A stretch of DNA of 64,000 bases from NCBI GenBank assembly GCA_037442365.1, contig JBBIQK010000002.1, forward strand, positions 5,492 to 69,491. Reading direction: 5' to 3'. This DNA comes from Armatimonadota bacterium (lineage in GTDB: Bacteria; Armatimonadota; Fimbriimonadia; Fimbriimonadales; GBS-DC). Below are positions 63,803 to 64,000 of the stretch, in pieces; the stretch's first letter is position 1; the number at the start of each line of letters is the position of its first letter. Both the position numbers and the translations under genes were made by a program. The notes below the pieces were generated by a model. That model saw only the letters and a list, made by a program, of their open reading frames with translations, was not told the DNA's origin and searched no databases.

Positions 63803-64000
63803 ATGACGCGCGAGAATAAACTGGTAATTGTGGCGATTGGTCTGATTCTGGCGGCGGCAGCGATCTTCTTCTTCACCTACCGCAGCACGCAGCCCCAGTT
63901 CGTGGAGCCTGACCCCAACGAACTGCAAAAGCGCATCGAGCAGATTCAGAACGACCCGAACATGCCGCCGCAGGCGAAGGAGGCGGCGATTAGCGAGATT
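63803..64000 (+). CDS. hypothetical membrane-anchored protein, 5' part only (runs off the window end)
   Basis: MTRENKLVIVAIGLILAAAAIFFF is one TM segment. The frame is open to the window end. Confidence 0.4.
   Translation, partial: MTRENKLVIVAIGLILAAAAIFFFTYRSTQPQFVEPDPNELQKRIEQIQNDPNMPPQAKEAAISEI

Overview
High-GC, densely coding bacterial chromosomal segment, about 60-67% G+C by eye outside one AT-rich island. The gene content suggests an Armatimonadota- or Planctomycetota-like lineage: a DUF1559 prepilin-like protein, dockerin-like C-terminal tails, flagellar genes and PBPs. This placement is inference only.

Content in window order:
- TetR-TolC-adaptor efflux operon (cut at the window start), ugd, and a STAS-cheA-cheW chemotaxis module.
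- A lipoprotein plus an S8 peptidase, then a hybrid histidine kinase, tandem USP and TIGR00725 run.
- A family-B DNA polymerase carrying a LAGLIDADG intein, a solitary trpA, and two secreted proteins with dockerin-like tails.
- flgB-flgC-fliE-fliF-fliG-fliH, followed by Uma2 and an RHH/PIN toxin-antitoxin pair.
- atpD-atpC, an SLC13 permease, and a CapA-GT4-methyltransferase cluster.
- pncA, rplS-lepB and a 2-hydroxyacid dehydrogenase.
- An accessory region at 42.4-50.2 kb.
- An O-antigen-ligase/TPR protein, NUDIX, a second signal peptidase, a class-A beta-lactamase-like protein and a fadN-like gene.
- PBP2, PBP1A and a DUF1559 pseudopilin-like gene.
- Four tRNAs: Thr-TGT, Leu-CAG and two with anticodon CAT.

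Most interesting observations:
1. A MITE-like element family with ~30-bp terminal inverted repeats and GC-rich multi-hairpin cores. Its two copies each interrupt a gene.
2. A tandem pair of ~720-740-aa secreted paralogs with no recognisable domains, sharing a near-identical 5' UTR and N-terminus.
3. An AT-rich island bracketed by 98-bp direct repeats that encode truncated YD/RHS fragments. It also holds an orphan antitoxin and a PIN stub.
4. The PolB intein ends in Gly-Gln instead of His-Asn.
5. A conserved C-terminal module (twin dockerin-like repeats plus a terminal Cys) occurs on three unrelated secreted proteins.

No CRISPR array, rRNA or autonomous transposase was seen. All calls rest on reading the supplied translations and sequence; no database search was run.
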